A stretch of 64,000 nucleotides of DNA, taken from the NCBI RefSeq assembly GCF_006345805.1, contig NC_043008.1, forward strand, positions 34,782,001 to 34,846,000. Direction: 5' to 3'. The translations under genes were made by a program, and so were the position numbers. This document shows positions 12,640-25,218 of this stretch, piece by piece (position 1 is the stretch's first letter; each line of letters starts with the position of its first letter). Origin of the DNA: Octopus sinensis. Lineage: Eukaryota. The notes under the pieces were generated by a model. That model was not told where the DNA came from and searched no databases. It saw only the letters and a list, made by a program, of their open reading frames with translations.

Positions 12640-13127
12640 CTCTTTCCATTCCAGCAACTGTCACGCCGCGAAGAATTAAACAAAACAGTCTGTTTTTTTT
12701 TCTTTTGGTAATGTGTTTACCATAATCGTAATTTACCATCACGGAAGACAATCTCTACAAAATTTCTTCAAAATATATGCATTCACCAGAAAGTTATGGA
12801 ATAAAATATAGTCTGGACGATCATAACAAGAAGGTGGGGGTGGGGGAGAGAAGTTAACCTAGAGTTGTGACGTAATGGTACACTGGAGATAAATAACAGG
12901 TGCACCTGCACTTTGGAAAAAAATAGAGAAACTGTTGCTTTGGGTTATAAAGTATAACGGCTCTATTTACAGAAATATGCAATGAATTCTTGGAATGCTT
13001 GCCCAAATACCGACTAGATATATATGCTAACTGTTCTATTTATTGATAATGACTACAGATATGTGGGTTGTATACAATCCATACTAGTATTATATAGACA
13101 TTGGCTGTCACTGACGAAGAAAGCAAG

Positions 13128-13129
<2 letters not shown>

Positions 13130-13176
<47 letters not shown>
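13130..13176. repeat. (CA)n microsatellite
   Basis: Uninterrupted CA run of about 23 units. Confidence 0.95.
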
Positions 13177-13177
<1 letters not shown>

Positions 13178-13410
13178 CTATTTCAAAATGTCATTTGTAG
13201 ATTTTGTCAATTGTTGCTCTTTTAGTTGGTCCATGTGCACCTAGGATTTTGGATGCTATGAATTGAAGCTTATAATGCATCTCTATAAGTCACGTTTTAT
13301 GTTTTTAGATTGTTCTGCTCTGTTATATATAACTCTAGATGCATCGGTCAATGAGAATGTAATATGATTGGTCCTTTTCTATTTGATTGATACAATCCTG
13401 TAGGCTCAGC

Positions 13411-13683
13411 CAGTGGTGGACTGGGTCTGAAAATACTGGTTGCCAGGAGACCAAGAGGGCCCATCCGCAACTACAATGCTATAATAAAAATTTTTTTTTT
13501 GTTGTTAAAAGTATTCTTGTTAACTCTACAAACACAGTCAGGCTGAAATAATTAATGTATTCTTCTAGGAGAGATAAAAAATCTCAAACTTGAGGGAATG
13601 GGCCCCCATATATGGATTCTAATGGCACAGGGGCCGGCCCACTTGCTATCAGGCAAGCTGGCAACCTGGCCAGTCTGCCACTG
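13411..13683. mobile_element. hAT-type MITE
   Basis: TIRs CAGTGGTGGACTGG / CCAGTCTGCCACTG; perfect 8-bp TSD GGCTCAGC on both sides. Confidence 0.9.
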
Positions 13684-14325
13684 GGCTCAGCATAAATGGA
13701 ATACTGTGCTTTTCAATTACTCATTTGATTATCACATTAATTTCTCTACACATGAGGTGCCCCATATTAAACAGACCATCAAGGCTACGAGGATCCATTC
13801 ACTTGCTATGACAGCTGCATCTGTTGATATGCTTATCATTCTCGTATCGTTATCATTCATTTCACTAATGTCTTGTCCAACCCGCAAAGCTACCTAATCT
13901 GTGTACTGTCTTCATGACAAATTTGATGAAATAAAGTACTAATTCATAATGCAATACCAATGCAGAACTGATCTGGAGTTAATAGTGTATCCAGATTGGA
14001 AATTGATAAGATTCCCAGCAAGGCAACTGAGTAGCAGAGTCTGATTGTAAGTGACTTTGTGTATACTTGTCTTCTGCCTGCTTTTATTTTCTTGCTTGGT
14101 ATATCATCTCTTTTTTGTTGAGTTCTCTTATCTGAAGGCTCGATGTCCTGGGTGACCAGTGCCATCCCCAAATCTCAGAATAAGAGAACAAGAAACTGCT
14201 TACTACCAACCAAACTGAAATAATAACTGGAATGTGAGGCAGGAAATATTAGCTACAGACCATATGCTTAATCTACCGTTTTATAGTGGTAGCTGGCATG
14301 GAATATACTACTCACAGAATCATCA

Positions 14326-14995
14326 TCATCATCATTTAATGTCCGTTGTCCATGCTGGCATGGGTTTGATGATTTGACTGGGCTGACACAGTCTGATTTG
14401 GCATGGTTTTCTACGGCTGGATGTCCTTCCTAATGCCAACCACTCTGAGAGTGTAATGGATGCTTTTATGTGCCACTGGCACGGGTGCCATTTGTATGAC
14501 ACCAGGGTGCATTTATGTGCCCCCGGCACAGGTGCCAGTTTGCATGACACCGGTATTTGCCATATCTGTGATTTTGCTCAGCTTGATGGGTCTTCTTCTC
14601 AAGCACGACATAACGCCAAAGGTCTTGTTCATTGTCTCCATGAAGCCCAACACGTGAAAGGAACTCAGCCACTTGCCTATGTGAGGCCCAATGCTCAAAA
14701 GGAACTCAGCCACTTTGTCTCCATAAGGTCCAATGTTCAAAAGATGATCTTTACATGCCATCATCATGGATGCACTTGGCTTGATGTGTCCTCTCAAGTA
14801 CTGCACATCGCCAAAGGTCTCAGTCACCAGTCATTGCCTCTGAGAGGCTCAAAGTTTGAAGATCATGTTTCACCACCTCGTCCCATGTCTTCCTGGATCT
14901 ACCTCTGCTACAGGTCCCCTCCACAGTCAGAGATTGGTATTTCTTTACACAGCTGTCCTCATCCATATGCATCACATAACCATATCAGTGCATTT
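14326..14995 (-). mobile_element. 5'-truncated RTE LINE (ORF end plus 3' UTR)
   Basis: (CAT)n tail at 14326-14340; 14870-14990 is similar to the RTE ORF end at 57960-58090. Confidence 0.8.
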
Positions 14996-15072
14996 GTGTA
15001 CCTTTAAACTGATTAAATATTATTTTACAGAATAATAGAATTAAAATTTATTTGATTAAAACCCTTTCTAAC

Positions 15073-16290
15073 ATGGAAGTATCCAAAGAGCATTTGAGGC
15101 ACATAATGCTTTATGAGTACAACAAAGGAAACTCCTCAGCCGAAGCGACTCAAAACATACACTCAGTTTATGGGAAAGAATGCTTGAATGGAAGAACTTG
15201 CAGAAGATGGTTTGCAAAATTCAGAAGTGGAGATTTCAGCCTTGAAGATGAAGATCGAACAGGATGTCCAGTTGAGTTTTATGATAAGCTCCTTGAGGCA
15301 TTACTTGAAGAAAATCCTGCATTATCAGTTGAAGAATTGGCAATAAAGCTTAGTTCAAACCATACAACTGTTCATTGTCATCTTCAACAACTTGGAAAGG
15401 TTCCTAAATTTGGAAAATGGGTGCCTCATGAATTGTCTGAAAGCAACCACAAATCCCGAGTTGACATCTGCTCTTCTCTCCATTCTCGTGAACTCATTTC
15501 ACTCTTTTTGGATAGACTTGTGACTGATGACGAAAAATGGATCTTCTATTGAAATGTTAAGCATCGTAAACAGTGGCTTGGTAAAAGGGAAAAAGCTCAA
15601 CTACAACCGAGAAGGGAACTTTATGGGAATAAGGTTCTTCTCTCTATCTGGTGGGATTGCAAAGGAGTAATTCACTTGAATTGCTACCCCCAATGCAACA
15701 GTCAATGCTCAAGTCTACTGTCAGCAATTAGAGAGTTTTAACCAAGCTTTGAAGGAAAAAAGACCTGCTTTAGTGAATTGAAAAGGAGTGATGTTTCATC
15801 AGGACAATGTGCAACCCCCAGAATGCAAAGATCACATCACAGAAGATCAAAGAGCTTGGTTGGGAAAAATTCCTCATCCACCTTATTCTCCTGACCTTGC
15901 TCCTTCAGTCTACCATTTGTTTCGTAGTTTACATAATCATTTGGGGGACATAACTTTCCAAGTTGTTGAAGATGACAATGAGCAGTTGTATTGTTTGAAT
16001 TTAGCGTTATTGCCAATTCTTCAACTGATAATGCAGGATTTTCTTCAAGTAATGCTTCAAGGAGCTTATCATCAAAAGCCAGGAGGAGGTTGAAACTGAC
16101 ATTTCAGAGTTCTTCACTTTGAAACCAAATGAGTTTTACATTGATGGGATTAAAAAGCTTGTAAATAGATGGAAAGAAGTCAGATAATCAGAGAAAGTAC
16201 ATTGATGATTAAATTTCAATTAAATATAACATTTGATCACTTGTTTTCTTTATTCAAAATTCAGACAGAACTTATGAGATGACCTGATAG
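15073..16290 (+). pseudogene. Mariner (DD34D) transposase pseudogene with 3' TIR-like end
   Basis: HTH region, WVPHEL, VTDDEKW, FHQDN and YSPDLAPSVYHLF motifs, with stops and frameshifts. The third catalytic D reads V. 3' end TTATGAGATGACCTGATA; no matching 5' TIR found. Confidence 0.9.
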
Positions 16291-16416
16291 TTTGGTTTCA
16301 CAATTGACTGAAGCTCACAGGTAGAGTGTTTTGTTTAGAAAAAAAAATGAAATAGGTAAAGACTCATGTACTATGTACTTTCTGTTACTATTCATTGGTG
16401 TCTTTGCTATTTGTAG

Positions 16417-16564
16417 ACATCGTATGAGAAAGAATCCCCTAAAACAGATCCATTGAAAGGAGTGAATGTTCCAAAGAGCTATTCAAACATTGAATTCTTG
16501 AATTACATTGCTAAAGGGTGTAATGGAGCAGTATTTTCTGCTAAATGTCGTACAGAAGACAATG
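16417..16564 (+). CDS. PINK1: PINK1 exon 2 (Gly-rich loop)
   Basis: TAG acceptor; TSYEK..NYIAKGCNGAVFSAKC; G|GTAAGT donor, phase 1. Confidence 0.93.
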
Positions 16565-16789
16565 GTAAGTATTTTTACAATTGTTATATTATGCTTCTAC
16601 TACTAAAACCTCTATAAGACTAGGACAACAGCAAATTATACTTTCCAACTGATGTTCTACCCACTCTTACACATTATTTTTACTGAATTATTGTTTTTAT
16701 TGAAAGGTGTAGAAACCCTTGTTTGGCTCTACTCTGTGGGGTGTTGTCCTTCCTGCTCATTCACATTACATAGAGACATTACACAAAGC

Positions 16790-17160
16790 TACAAGCATGG
16801 CTGTGTGGTTAAGACATTTGTTTCCTAACCACGTGGCTTCAAGTTCAGTTCCACTGCATGGCACCTTGGACAGGTATCCTCTACCATAGCTCTGGACCCA
16901 CTAAAGTCGCGAAAGTGGATTTAGTTGATGGAAACTGAAAGAAGCCTGTTGTATACATATGTATCTTTATGTCTATGTATTCTTATTGTGTTTACCCTCA
17001 TACTCACCACTTGATAACCAGTGTTGGTTTGTTTATGTCTTTACAACTTATTGATTTGGCAAAAACAGACCAATGAAATAAATACCAGACTTCAAAACAA
17101 GTCCCAGTGTTGATTTTTGACTAAAACCCCAGCATGGCAGCAGTTGACTGACAGAAACAG
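16790..17160 (+). mobile_element. SINE family 1 (diverged)
   Basis: A-box/B-box head, core and tail as in the 5325 copy. Confidence 0.7.
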
Positions 17161-17173
17161 ATAAAAAATAGAT

Positions 17174-17399
17174 AAGGCAGTGAGCTGGCAGAAATGTTAG
17201 CATGCCGAGCGAAATGCTTAGCGGTATTTCGTCTGTTGCTACATTCTGAGTTCAAATTCTGCTGAGGTCGACTTTGCCTTTCATCCTTTCGGGGTCGATT
17301 AAATAAGTACCAGTTACGCACTGGGGTCGATGCAATCGGCTAAATCCATTTCTCCCCTCTGTGTGTAGCCCCTTGTGGGCAGTAAAGAAATAAGAAACA
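17174..17399 (+). mobile_element. tRNA-derived SINE, family 2
   Basis: GGCAGTGAGCTGGCAGAA head and conserved GAGGTCGACTTTGCCTTTCATCCTTTCGGGGTCGAT..AAGTACCAG core, which from memory resembles the Meta-SINE domain; tail AAAGAAATAAGAAA. Confidence 0.8.
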
Positions 17400-17973
17400 G
17401 ATAAAAAATATAAAATACTCATTTCTCCTGTTTCTCTGTTAAAAATAGAGTTGTTGCACTGAACTTGAACTATTTGCTTGGTTTGATCACTCGACCTGCT
17501 CGAAATAGCAGTCAAATCTCCTTCAAATCGTACTCTATTGTACTGCAATAGGAAAGGACATATCAGATTATCTGGTCCTAGATATGATGTCTGAAAATGG
17601 ACAGAGTAGCATGGAATATCTTTGATCATAGCTCTTCTCATTCAGAGCTTGTTCTTTGTGAGAAGTCTGGCTGAAGTGTTTCTGTCTCAATTATTGTACA
17701 CAGCACACATTACATACAGATCTCTTTTAACCTATGTATGTTGGTAAGTAGTTCCAGTGAAGGGACATAACTAGTATTTTACAGTTCCAGTAACGAGACA
17801 CAACCAACAATTTACAGTTGTCTCCCCATAGCACAATTATGTTTAACCCTTTCGTTACCAAACCGCCCAAAGCTGCCCGAAAAAAATTTTGGTTAATGTG
17901 ACCAAACCCGTCCGTATTTACCTATTCATATTTAAATGAGAATATCATCATTATTACTTTAGAGCAACATCAC

Positions 17974-18286
17974 TGGTCACATTAGACCAAAATTATGTAT
18001 TACATTAGGCCAACATCATATGTTACACTAGACCAGTGGTTCCTGGTCACATTAGACCAAAATTATGTATTACATTAGGCCAACATCATATGTTACACTA
18101 GACCAGTGGTTCCCAACCTGTGGTCTGCAAAGGTAGTACGATTTATAATCTTAAGATTATAAATCTGGAAAAGTACAGGACAAGTTATTACACTTGGAGA
18201 AGTTCGTGACAAGTTATTACATCTGGTAAAGTTCAGAACAAGAAAACTTGTCCTGTACTTTTTCAGATTTATAATCTTAAGATTAT
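17974..18286. repeat. About 70-bp tandem duplication followed by a hAT-like end and a 42-bp-arm hairpin
   Basis: GGTCACATTAGACC..CAGTGGTTCC occurs twice; CAGTGGTTCCCAACCT follows; arms about 18145-18186 and 18245-18286 are near-perfect inverted repeats. Confidence 0.75.
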
Positions 18287-20095
18287 TTCTCTTGCTTGCA
18301 TTTTTCCATGTAATCCATGTTTTTTCCAGGCTATGTTATTATGCTAATTAATAACGTGTCAAATGTGTCAATTAGTGGTGTCGTTGATAATCTTTTCCTT
18401 ACCTCAATGATGCCAATGACATGTTTAAAAGTACCCTTATAGAACTATATTCATGAAAAAGTATACAACTATATTATCACCCTCAAATTTGAGAAACAAA
18501 CACTCATAACTTTTTTCTTTTAAAATTTCATTGCATGAGATTGATACCATGAAATTCCTCGAATTGAGCTCTATCATTTAAGCTTAATTAAAATATAGTT
18601 TGTTTTCAAAATAAAAAAGTTAATTATACTTAAATTTAATTTTTTGCCTTACTTACATTTCATATTTTACCTCACAACATTTTTAATACAAATTTTTGTT
18701 GCATGGGATCAAAACTATGAAATTCTTCATGCTTTCTTCTATCATTGAAGTTAAGATAAATATATTTTGCTTTTAAAATAAAAAAAGGTTATATAGATAT
18801 AAACTTGTTTGGTGGCATTACTTACTCTCCTATATGGTTGCTACAAATTTTGATGTAAACTTTTTTCTACTGAACCAAATCTAAATTTTTTATGCCAAAA
18901 TGTAGCTAGGGACCAGTCCTCTTCAGAAATGTTAACAGTTTTCAATTTGATTAAGAACTGAATTAGCGACAAGCTCTGAAAGATGCTGCATGTGAATAAA
19001 TTGCGGCCTTAAGAGTATTATTCAATTATTACCGTAGTTGAATGATACATAATGTTGGTAATGTATAAAACATATTGTTGGTCTAATATAATTCATGTTT
19101 GTATAATATAATACATAATTTTGCTATAGTTTGATACTTCATTTTGGGATAGTATGATACATTATGTCAGTTTAATATAATTTTCAATGTTACTTTAGTG
19201 TAATACATAATATTGGTTTAATGTAATTCATAATGTTCTTGAACTTTTGTAATTTTGTTTTCTTGACAGAAAGTGATATTTCCAACTTGAGTGAGTCTCG
19301 TTTGGATGAGAACCAAAACCAAGATGGTAAGGACAGTCTGTTATACAAGATGTTTTCTTCTTTTCTCCTCTTAGCTGTATGGAACTTTTCATTATTTTTC
19401 TCAGTCCCCATTGATCTTCTTTTCACTTGCACACACATGAATGCATCCACACATACAAACAACTGTTTGTCAAAATGCCATACATACACTTACAAAATAT
19501 AATCACACACACACACAAGTTGCTCTCCTGTCAATGACAATTCCTGTACTATGTGTGTGTGTGTATATATATATGTATATACACACATATTCAGCACTGT
19601 AATTGACTGTATGTACATGTGTATATCACAGTAGTTGAAAATAGAAGGTTAAATTGATTCAGTTATAAAAATCAGTTACAACCATATTAAATGCAGATGT
19701 TTTTCTGAGTGTGGCAGAAAAATTTCTAGAGCAACAAAGAAGAAATGAATTTCTAATGAGGGTGAGTCAGAAAGTTATGCAATTTATATTTGAATAACTT
19801 ACTGACTCACCTTTATACAAGGTATGCATGTGTGTTTGTGTGTGTGTGTGTGTATGTGTAAGGTCCAGTAATGATTCAGTAATGGCAGTTGATACTTTTT
19901 GTTATCTAGATAATATAATCACTTTGAATGTGTGTGTGTGTGTTATTTGAGTAAAGATAATTAAATAAGAGACCAATTGGAGCATCCATCCACCCATCCA
20001 TCCATGGTAATGTACAACTGCATACAGAGATATATATCAACATATTGGGGTTTATTTCTGTTTTTCTTTTTACAATTTATATTTTATATTTCTAG

Positions 20096-20252
20096 GTGCT
20101 TGTAACCAAAACAGTCAGGAAAATAAGGAACTTGTCATCAAATGCCTGTTTAATTACTATGTGGAAAGTAATTATAATGAACTGATAAAAAAGTTTTGGA
20201 ATGAAGCTGTTCCAAGTCTCCGTATCAGTGGACAAGATGATATATCTGATAG
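20096..20252 (+). CDS. PINK1: PINK1 exon 3 (catalytic Lys, alphaC)
   Basis: LVIKCLFNYYVESNYNELIKKFWNEAVPS aligns with insect LAVKMMFNYDVESNS..; phase 1 in, phase 2 out. Confidence 0.93.
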
Positions 20253-21291
20253 GTAAAAGTTTAAACTTTTAAAAATATGTGTGTGTCTATAATGTGAAAA
20301 TCACTTTTTGTCACAGTAATGAGTGTTTTCTAGACTGTTTTCTATTTGTACAATGACCTCTGTATCTCTGAACAAACTAGCTGTATATCTAGTTTACATG
20401 TATGTTATATCTTACATATAAAACTACCTCCTCATATCTGTCCCTCATTTCCATGTCTTGCAATACTTATGCAAGCGAAAGTTAAATTATGTCAAAAAGA
20501 GTATTTAAAAGCTGTGAACTGTTCATTAGTCCACAAATATATTAAAATTTGAAGGATTTTTAGAAAACTTCTCAAGGTCCACTGAAAACGTGCTGGTGGC
20601 ACGTAAAAGCACTCACTACACTCTTGGAGTGGTTGGCATTAGGAAGGGTATCCAGGTGTAGAAACTCTGCAAGATCAGATTGGAGTCTGGTGCAGCCATC
20701 TGGTTCGCCAGACCTCAGTCAAATTGTCCAACCCATGGAAAGCGGACATTAAATGATGATGGGCTTCTTTTAGTTTCCGTCTACCAAATGCATTCACAAT
20801 TGTGCCTCACTGTTGGATTGAATCTAGAACCATGTGGTTGGGAAGCAAACTTCTTACCACACAGCCACAAATGTACTGTTTTAAAAAAGACTCTATACTT
20901 CAGAGTTAGGTGAAACAATATTGTTCTGGATGTGAGGGATTTTTCCCCAATCAAAACTGCTGCTTCAGGCTTTTCAGCTGTACACAGGCATTAAATATTG
21001 TTAATGTTTTTACTAAAAAGCTGCTTATATTGCATAATTTGGATGAATAAGGAATTTTTTCTTTACGTTGCTACTTGTTTGGATTTGTAAAAGAGTCAAT
21101 ACTGTTGACTGAATTGATCAATATACATTTTAACTCATTGATTCTGAAAGAAGGCCTAACTGACTGAAGCAGAATTTGAACTTAAAATGTAGGAAATCAA
21201 ATACTGTGTAGCACTTTACACCAGTGTTCTTTAGTTTTCTTCAATCCAAATTCTCAATAGAAATAAGGAAGTGAAATAAGATAATCTATTT

Positions 21292-21518
21292 AACCCCTTA
21301 GCTTTCAGATTACTCTATCAAATGTAATTCTTATTTATTCTCACTCTTTTGAATTGGCTATGGGTTATCTTGAAGTTTCGAGACTTTGATGATGTGGATA
21401 CTTATTTTTAGAATGACATTGTAGGATAAGTGTGAGAGGCTGGATCTGCCCATTTTAAATATGAAACAGGCAGAATATTTAAGCCAGAGAAAGTCAGCTT
21501 AAATGCTAAAGGGATAAG
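21292..21518. mobile_element. piggyBac-like MITE
   Basis: TTAACCCCTTAGC..GCTAAAGGGATAA ends; a related copy lies at about 23878-24066. Confidence 0.55.
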
Positions 21519-21557
21519 GAAAATATTTTGACCTGAAATTTTTATTTTATTTTCCAG

Positions 21558-21734
21558 TGATCTTGAGAAAAGCAGACTACCTCCACATCCCAACATCGTG
21601 ACCATATACAATGTATTCCATGGAAGTCTTCCTGACTTACCTGAATCTGTTGAGAACTTTAAATCTGCTCTGCCACAGAATCTGTATCCTGAGAGTTTCG
21701 GTCGAAGTATGACACTATGCCTGATAATGAAAAG
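21558..21734 (+). CDS. PINK1: PINK1 exon 4 (insertion 3, hinge)
   Basis: LPPHPNIV..LPQNLYPESFGRSMTLCLIMKR; CAG acceptor, AG|GTATTT donor, phase 2. Confidence 0.95.
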
Positions 21735-24096
21735 GTATTTTCATCATTGTTTTCTAATTAACAATTTGTAATCAAGCAACCAGGATCCTTAGTGGTTTCT
21801 TCAAATTTTTATTTGTGATCAATATTTATTTTCTCAACTTAAGACAGGTAAAAATTGAATGATTTACATGTGTTACTGATAGCACTTATATTTTTTTTTT
21901 ACTTAACTATTTCACATTTTATGTGCTTTTTATAAATCTATAAGCCTATTATATTGTCATTTCACCCTTCTGATACCAAACTGCCTGAAAGTATCCTTGG
22001 TTCTTTAATGCAAATTCCCTGTTTTAATGTGATCTAAATTAAAATTTCATACTAATATATATTCTAAACATCAGCCTTATAATGACAAAGTTGTGTTATT
22101 AAATTCTTTGTTGTTTTCAAAATTAATTGACTCAACGGCTGTGTATTTTAACATAAATATGGTAACAAAAGGGCTAAGCATATACAGTGTTTATTTTCCT
22201 AAACCTTATTTAAGCTTATTTTATCATAATATTTAGCAAATTTCATCACCACAATGTATCATAAGGAAGTGGCATTTAACTTACTAAAAATTATAGCCAA
22301 TTCTTCCTCAAATTACAACTCATGATCTTAAAAAAGAACATATGGGATAATGTGGACGACCTTTAATTATAGATATCCACAGTCAAAGGTGACTTGAGGT
22401 TGAACAATATGTGTCACTCAGCTGCAAGAAATAGCAACCAAATCACTTACATATTACACTCCCACCACCTAGACATCAGGGAAAGACATTAGATAAACTA
22501 GCTTTAGATCTACTAGACCTGTATCTTGGGGAAAAGAAGATGGGATGGTCATGGCTGGAGTGCCTATAATCATAGGTCTACTTGATCGTGGCTGAGCAGA
22601 CCAAACAACAAAACAACTATGCTAAACTGCTTATACACATACACAAACCTGCTCATGAACAGCTATATATATATGATGATGATGATGGCAAGGCACTTTG
22701 GTACAGCTATGGGTATGATGTTTTGGATTCTGTCCTACTGTTCGTATGTTGGGCAAGTGTCTTCTACTTTAGCCTTGGGCTGACCAAAGCCTTATGAGTG
22801 GATTTGGTGAACAGAAATTGAAAGAAGTCTGTAGTCTTGATGATGATGATGATGAGGTGTATTTGTATCTCATTGTATTCACATTGCTTGATAGTCGTAA
22901 AAGAATATCACTGTCTTACAAGTGATGGTGTTTTTTTAGGGGTTGGTTTCTCATCAGAGATTTAATTAGAGTTTTAAGGATTTGGTTTAGTGTTTTTCAA
23001 CTTAACTGGGGAATAGAAATAAGCTAATCACTCACATACACATATAATGGTCCCCAACATAACACATAATCATGAATTCATGTACACCCCTCCCCCCACA
23101 CACAATCTACAGATACAGAACTTTGCATCTTATTATAAAATCTACACTGTTTTTACCTGTTAGATCTCTGATTGTTATTAAGTGTCCAGTTCCTAGATTT
23201 TTATATATGTACATTGTACCTGGCTGGATTGAAATAACGATCCTTTGTTTGTGAACTAAGAGTAAATAAGTTAGGGACAGGGGGAGGTAATCAAAGATAT
23301 ATGAAACCAAGTGTATATGTTTTAAGTATGATAGGCAGATTACTAGTTTGAACTAATACTATTTTTATTCAGTTTGTTGATAAATGTGATATTAGTGGTT
23401 TTTCAATCACTGTTTAACTCTATCAGCTAATTTTTGGTTAACATGTAGTATTAGTGGGTACTTGCTACTGATGAAGATTCCCCAGGAGATGATGAAGATC
23501 TCCCAGAAGTAGAAATTTGTATTTATCAATGCCACTGCTACTGTTTGGTGATTTTTGCCTGCTGCTGATATATTTCTGTGTTTTTTAACACAATATGTCT
23601 ATAACAGATGCTTTCTCAAGATGAATATTGCAGTTTAGAAGGCTTTCAACAGTGTGTGTGCTTTAAGTATGGTGTATAGATTGCTAATTCAAGTTAATGC
23701 TACTTCCTCTATCACAAAAACAAAATTCTACTGCAAGAGTATTGAAGAAAACAATAGAAGAAGTCTTCTAGATAAAAGCTTCATTAGTCTTCATTTGGAA
23801 ATAAAGATCCCTGTTTTCAGATTCAGTCTCATACTATATCCACGTTCATGAACAAGACATCTGTTGATGATTGGAAATTAGCCTTTTAGCATTCAGATTA
23901 TTCTGTCAAATGTAATGTTTATTTATTCACATTGTTTTAAATTGATCATGCACTTACATTTTCAATGATGTGATTGCTTATCTTTTGTATGAGCTGACCA
24001 GTTTGAAGATAAAATTGGTAAAATAGTTGAACCAGATATGACCAGTTTAAATGCTAAAAGGTCAAACCAATGTTTTGCAGATGTAAATAATAAATA

Positions 24097-24490
24097 GGCA
24101 TAGGAGTGGCTGTGTGGTAAGTAGTTTGCTTACCAACCACATGGTTCAGTCCCACTGTGTGGCACCTTGCGCAAGTGTCTTCTACTATAGCCTCAGGCCA
24201 ACCAAAGCCTTGTGAGTGGATTTGGTAGATGGAAAAGGAAAGAAGCCCGTCGTATATATATATATATATATGTTTGTGTGTGTATATGTTTGTGTGTCTG
24301 TGTTTGTCCCCCCAACATCACTTGACAACCGATGCTGGTGTGTTTACGTCCCTGTAACTTAGCGGTTTGGCAAAAGAGACCGATGAAATAAGTAATAGGA
24401 TTACAAAGAATAAGTCCTGGGGTCGATTTGCTTGACTAAAGGCGGTGCTCCAGCATGGCTGCAGTCAAAATGACTGAAACAAGTAAAGGA
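24097..24490 (+). mobile_element. SINE family 1 (full length)
   Basis: Highly similar to the 5325 and 45707 copies. Confidence 0.85.
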
Positions 24491-24611
24491 GTAAATATTT
24501 TAAAAATTATGTTCTTTCTTTATAGATGATGTAAATAGTGTAAAAAAATCAACAATTTTATTAACAAGAATCTATCTCAGATGCTTTTTTTCTTTTTTCT
24601 TAACTCACCAG

Positions 24612-24790
24612 ATACGAGATGACATTGAGTGATTATCTTCAAACAAAGAATCCTTCTATGCGAGTCAGAGTGATGTTGTTCACACAACTCTTGGAAGGTA
24701 TTCGACACATGATTAAACACCAAGTGGCACACCGTGATCTCAAACCAAATAATATTCTCTTGGAAGATGTTCCATTGGACGATTCTTCTG
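24612..24790 (+). CDS. PINK1: PINK1 exon 5 (catalytic loop)
   Basis: YEMTLSDYL..QLLEGIRHMIKHQVAHRDLKPNNILL; G|GTGAGG donor, phase 1. Confidence 0.95.
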
Positions 24791-25099
24791 GTGAGGGACA
24801 AAGAATCTCTTTTATTCAATTTGGTTTTTTTCCCCCATTTTTTAAAATTCTATTTTTAGTGTAAACATGGTTGTGTGCTTTCCTGAAATGCCAGTGTATA
24901 AGCAAAATCAAAGCACTTCAAGTCGGCTGCAATGAGGTTGCTATAATTGTTTAAAATCTTAGGAAGGTGGTACTCCAGCATGGCTATAGTCCAATGAGTG
25001 AAACTAACGAAAGAACGATTTCAGTTGGATTATTTTCTCTTTGTCTTTGTGAATAGAAAAAAAAAACGATTTATTTTGTTCTTTTTAATTTTTTTCTAG

Positions 25100-25218
25100 A
25101 TGTTTGTCCTCATCTTGTTATCTCGGATTTTGGTTGTTGTTTTGCTGGAAAATCTTCTGGAATGATGGTACCATATGATTGTGCAAAGGATGGGAATGCT
25201 GTGTTCCAGGCTCCAGAG
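25100..25218 (+). CDS. PINK1: PINK1 exon 6 (DFG, activation loop, APE)
   Basis: CPHLVISDFGCCFAG..KDGNAVFQAPE; GAG|GTTTGT donor, phase 0. Confidence 0.95.

Noticed and set aside
14456-15007. 183-aa plus-strand ORF and overlapping ORFs
   Set aside because: Antisense to an RTE 3' end; no coding features of its own.
15073-16093. Domesticated SETMAR-like gene or active mariner
   Set aside because: Stops, frameshifts, a D-to-V change in the third catalytic residue, no SET exon and no 5' TIR.
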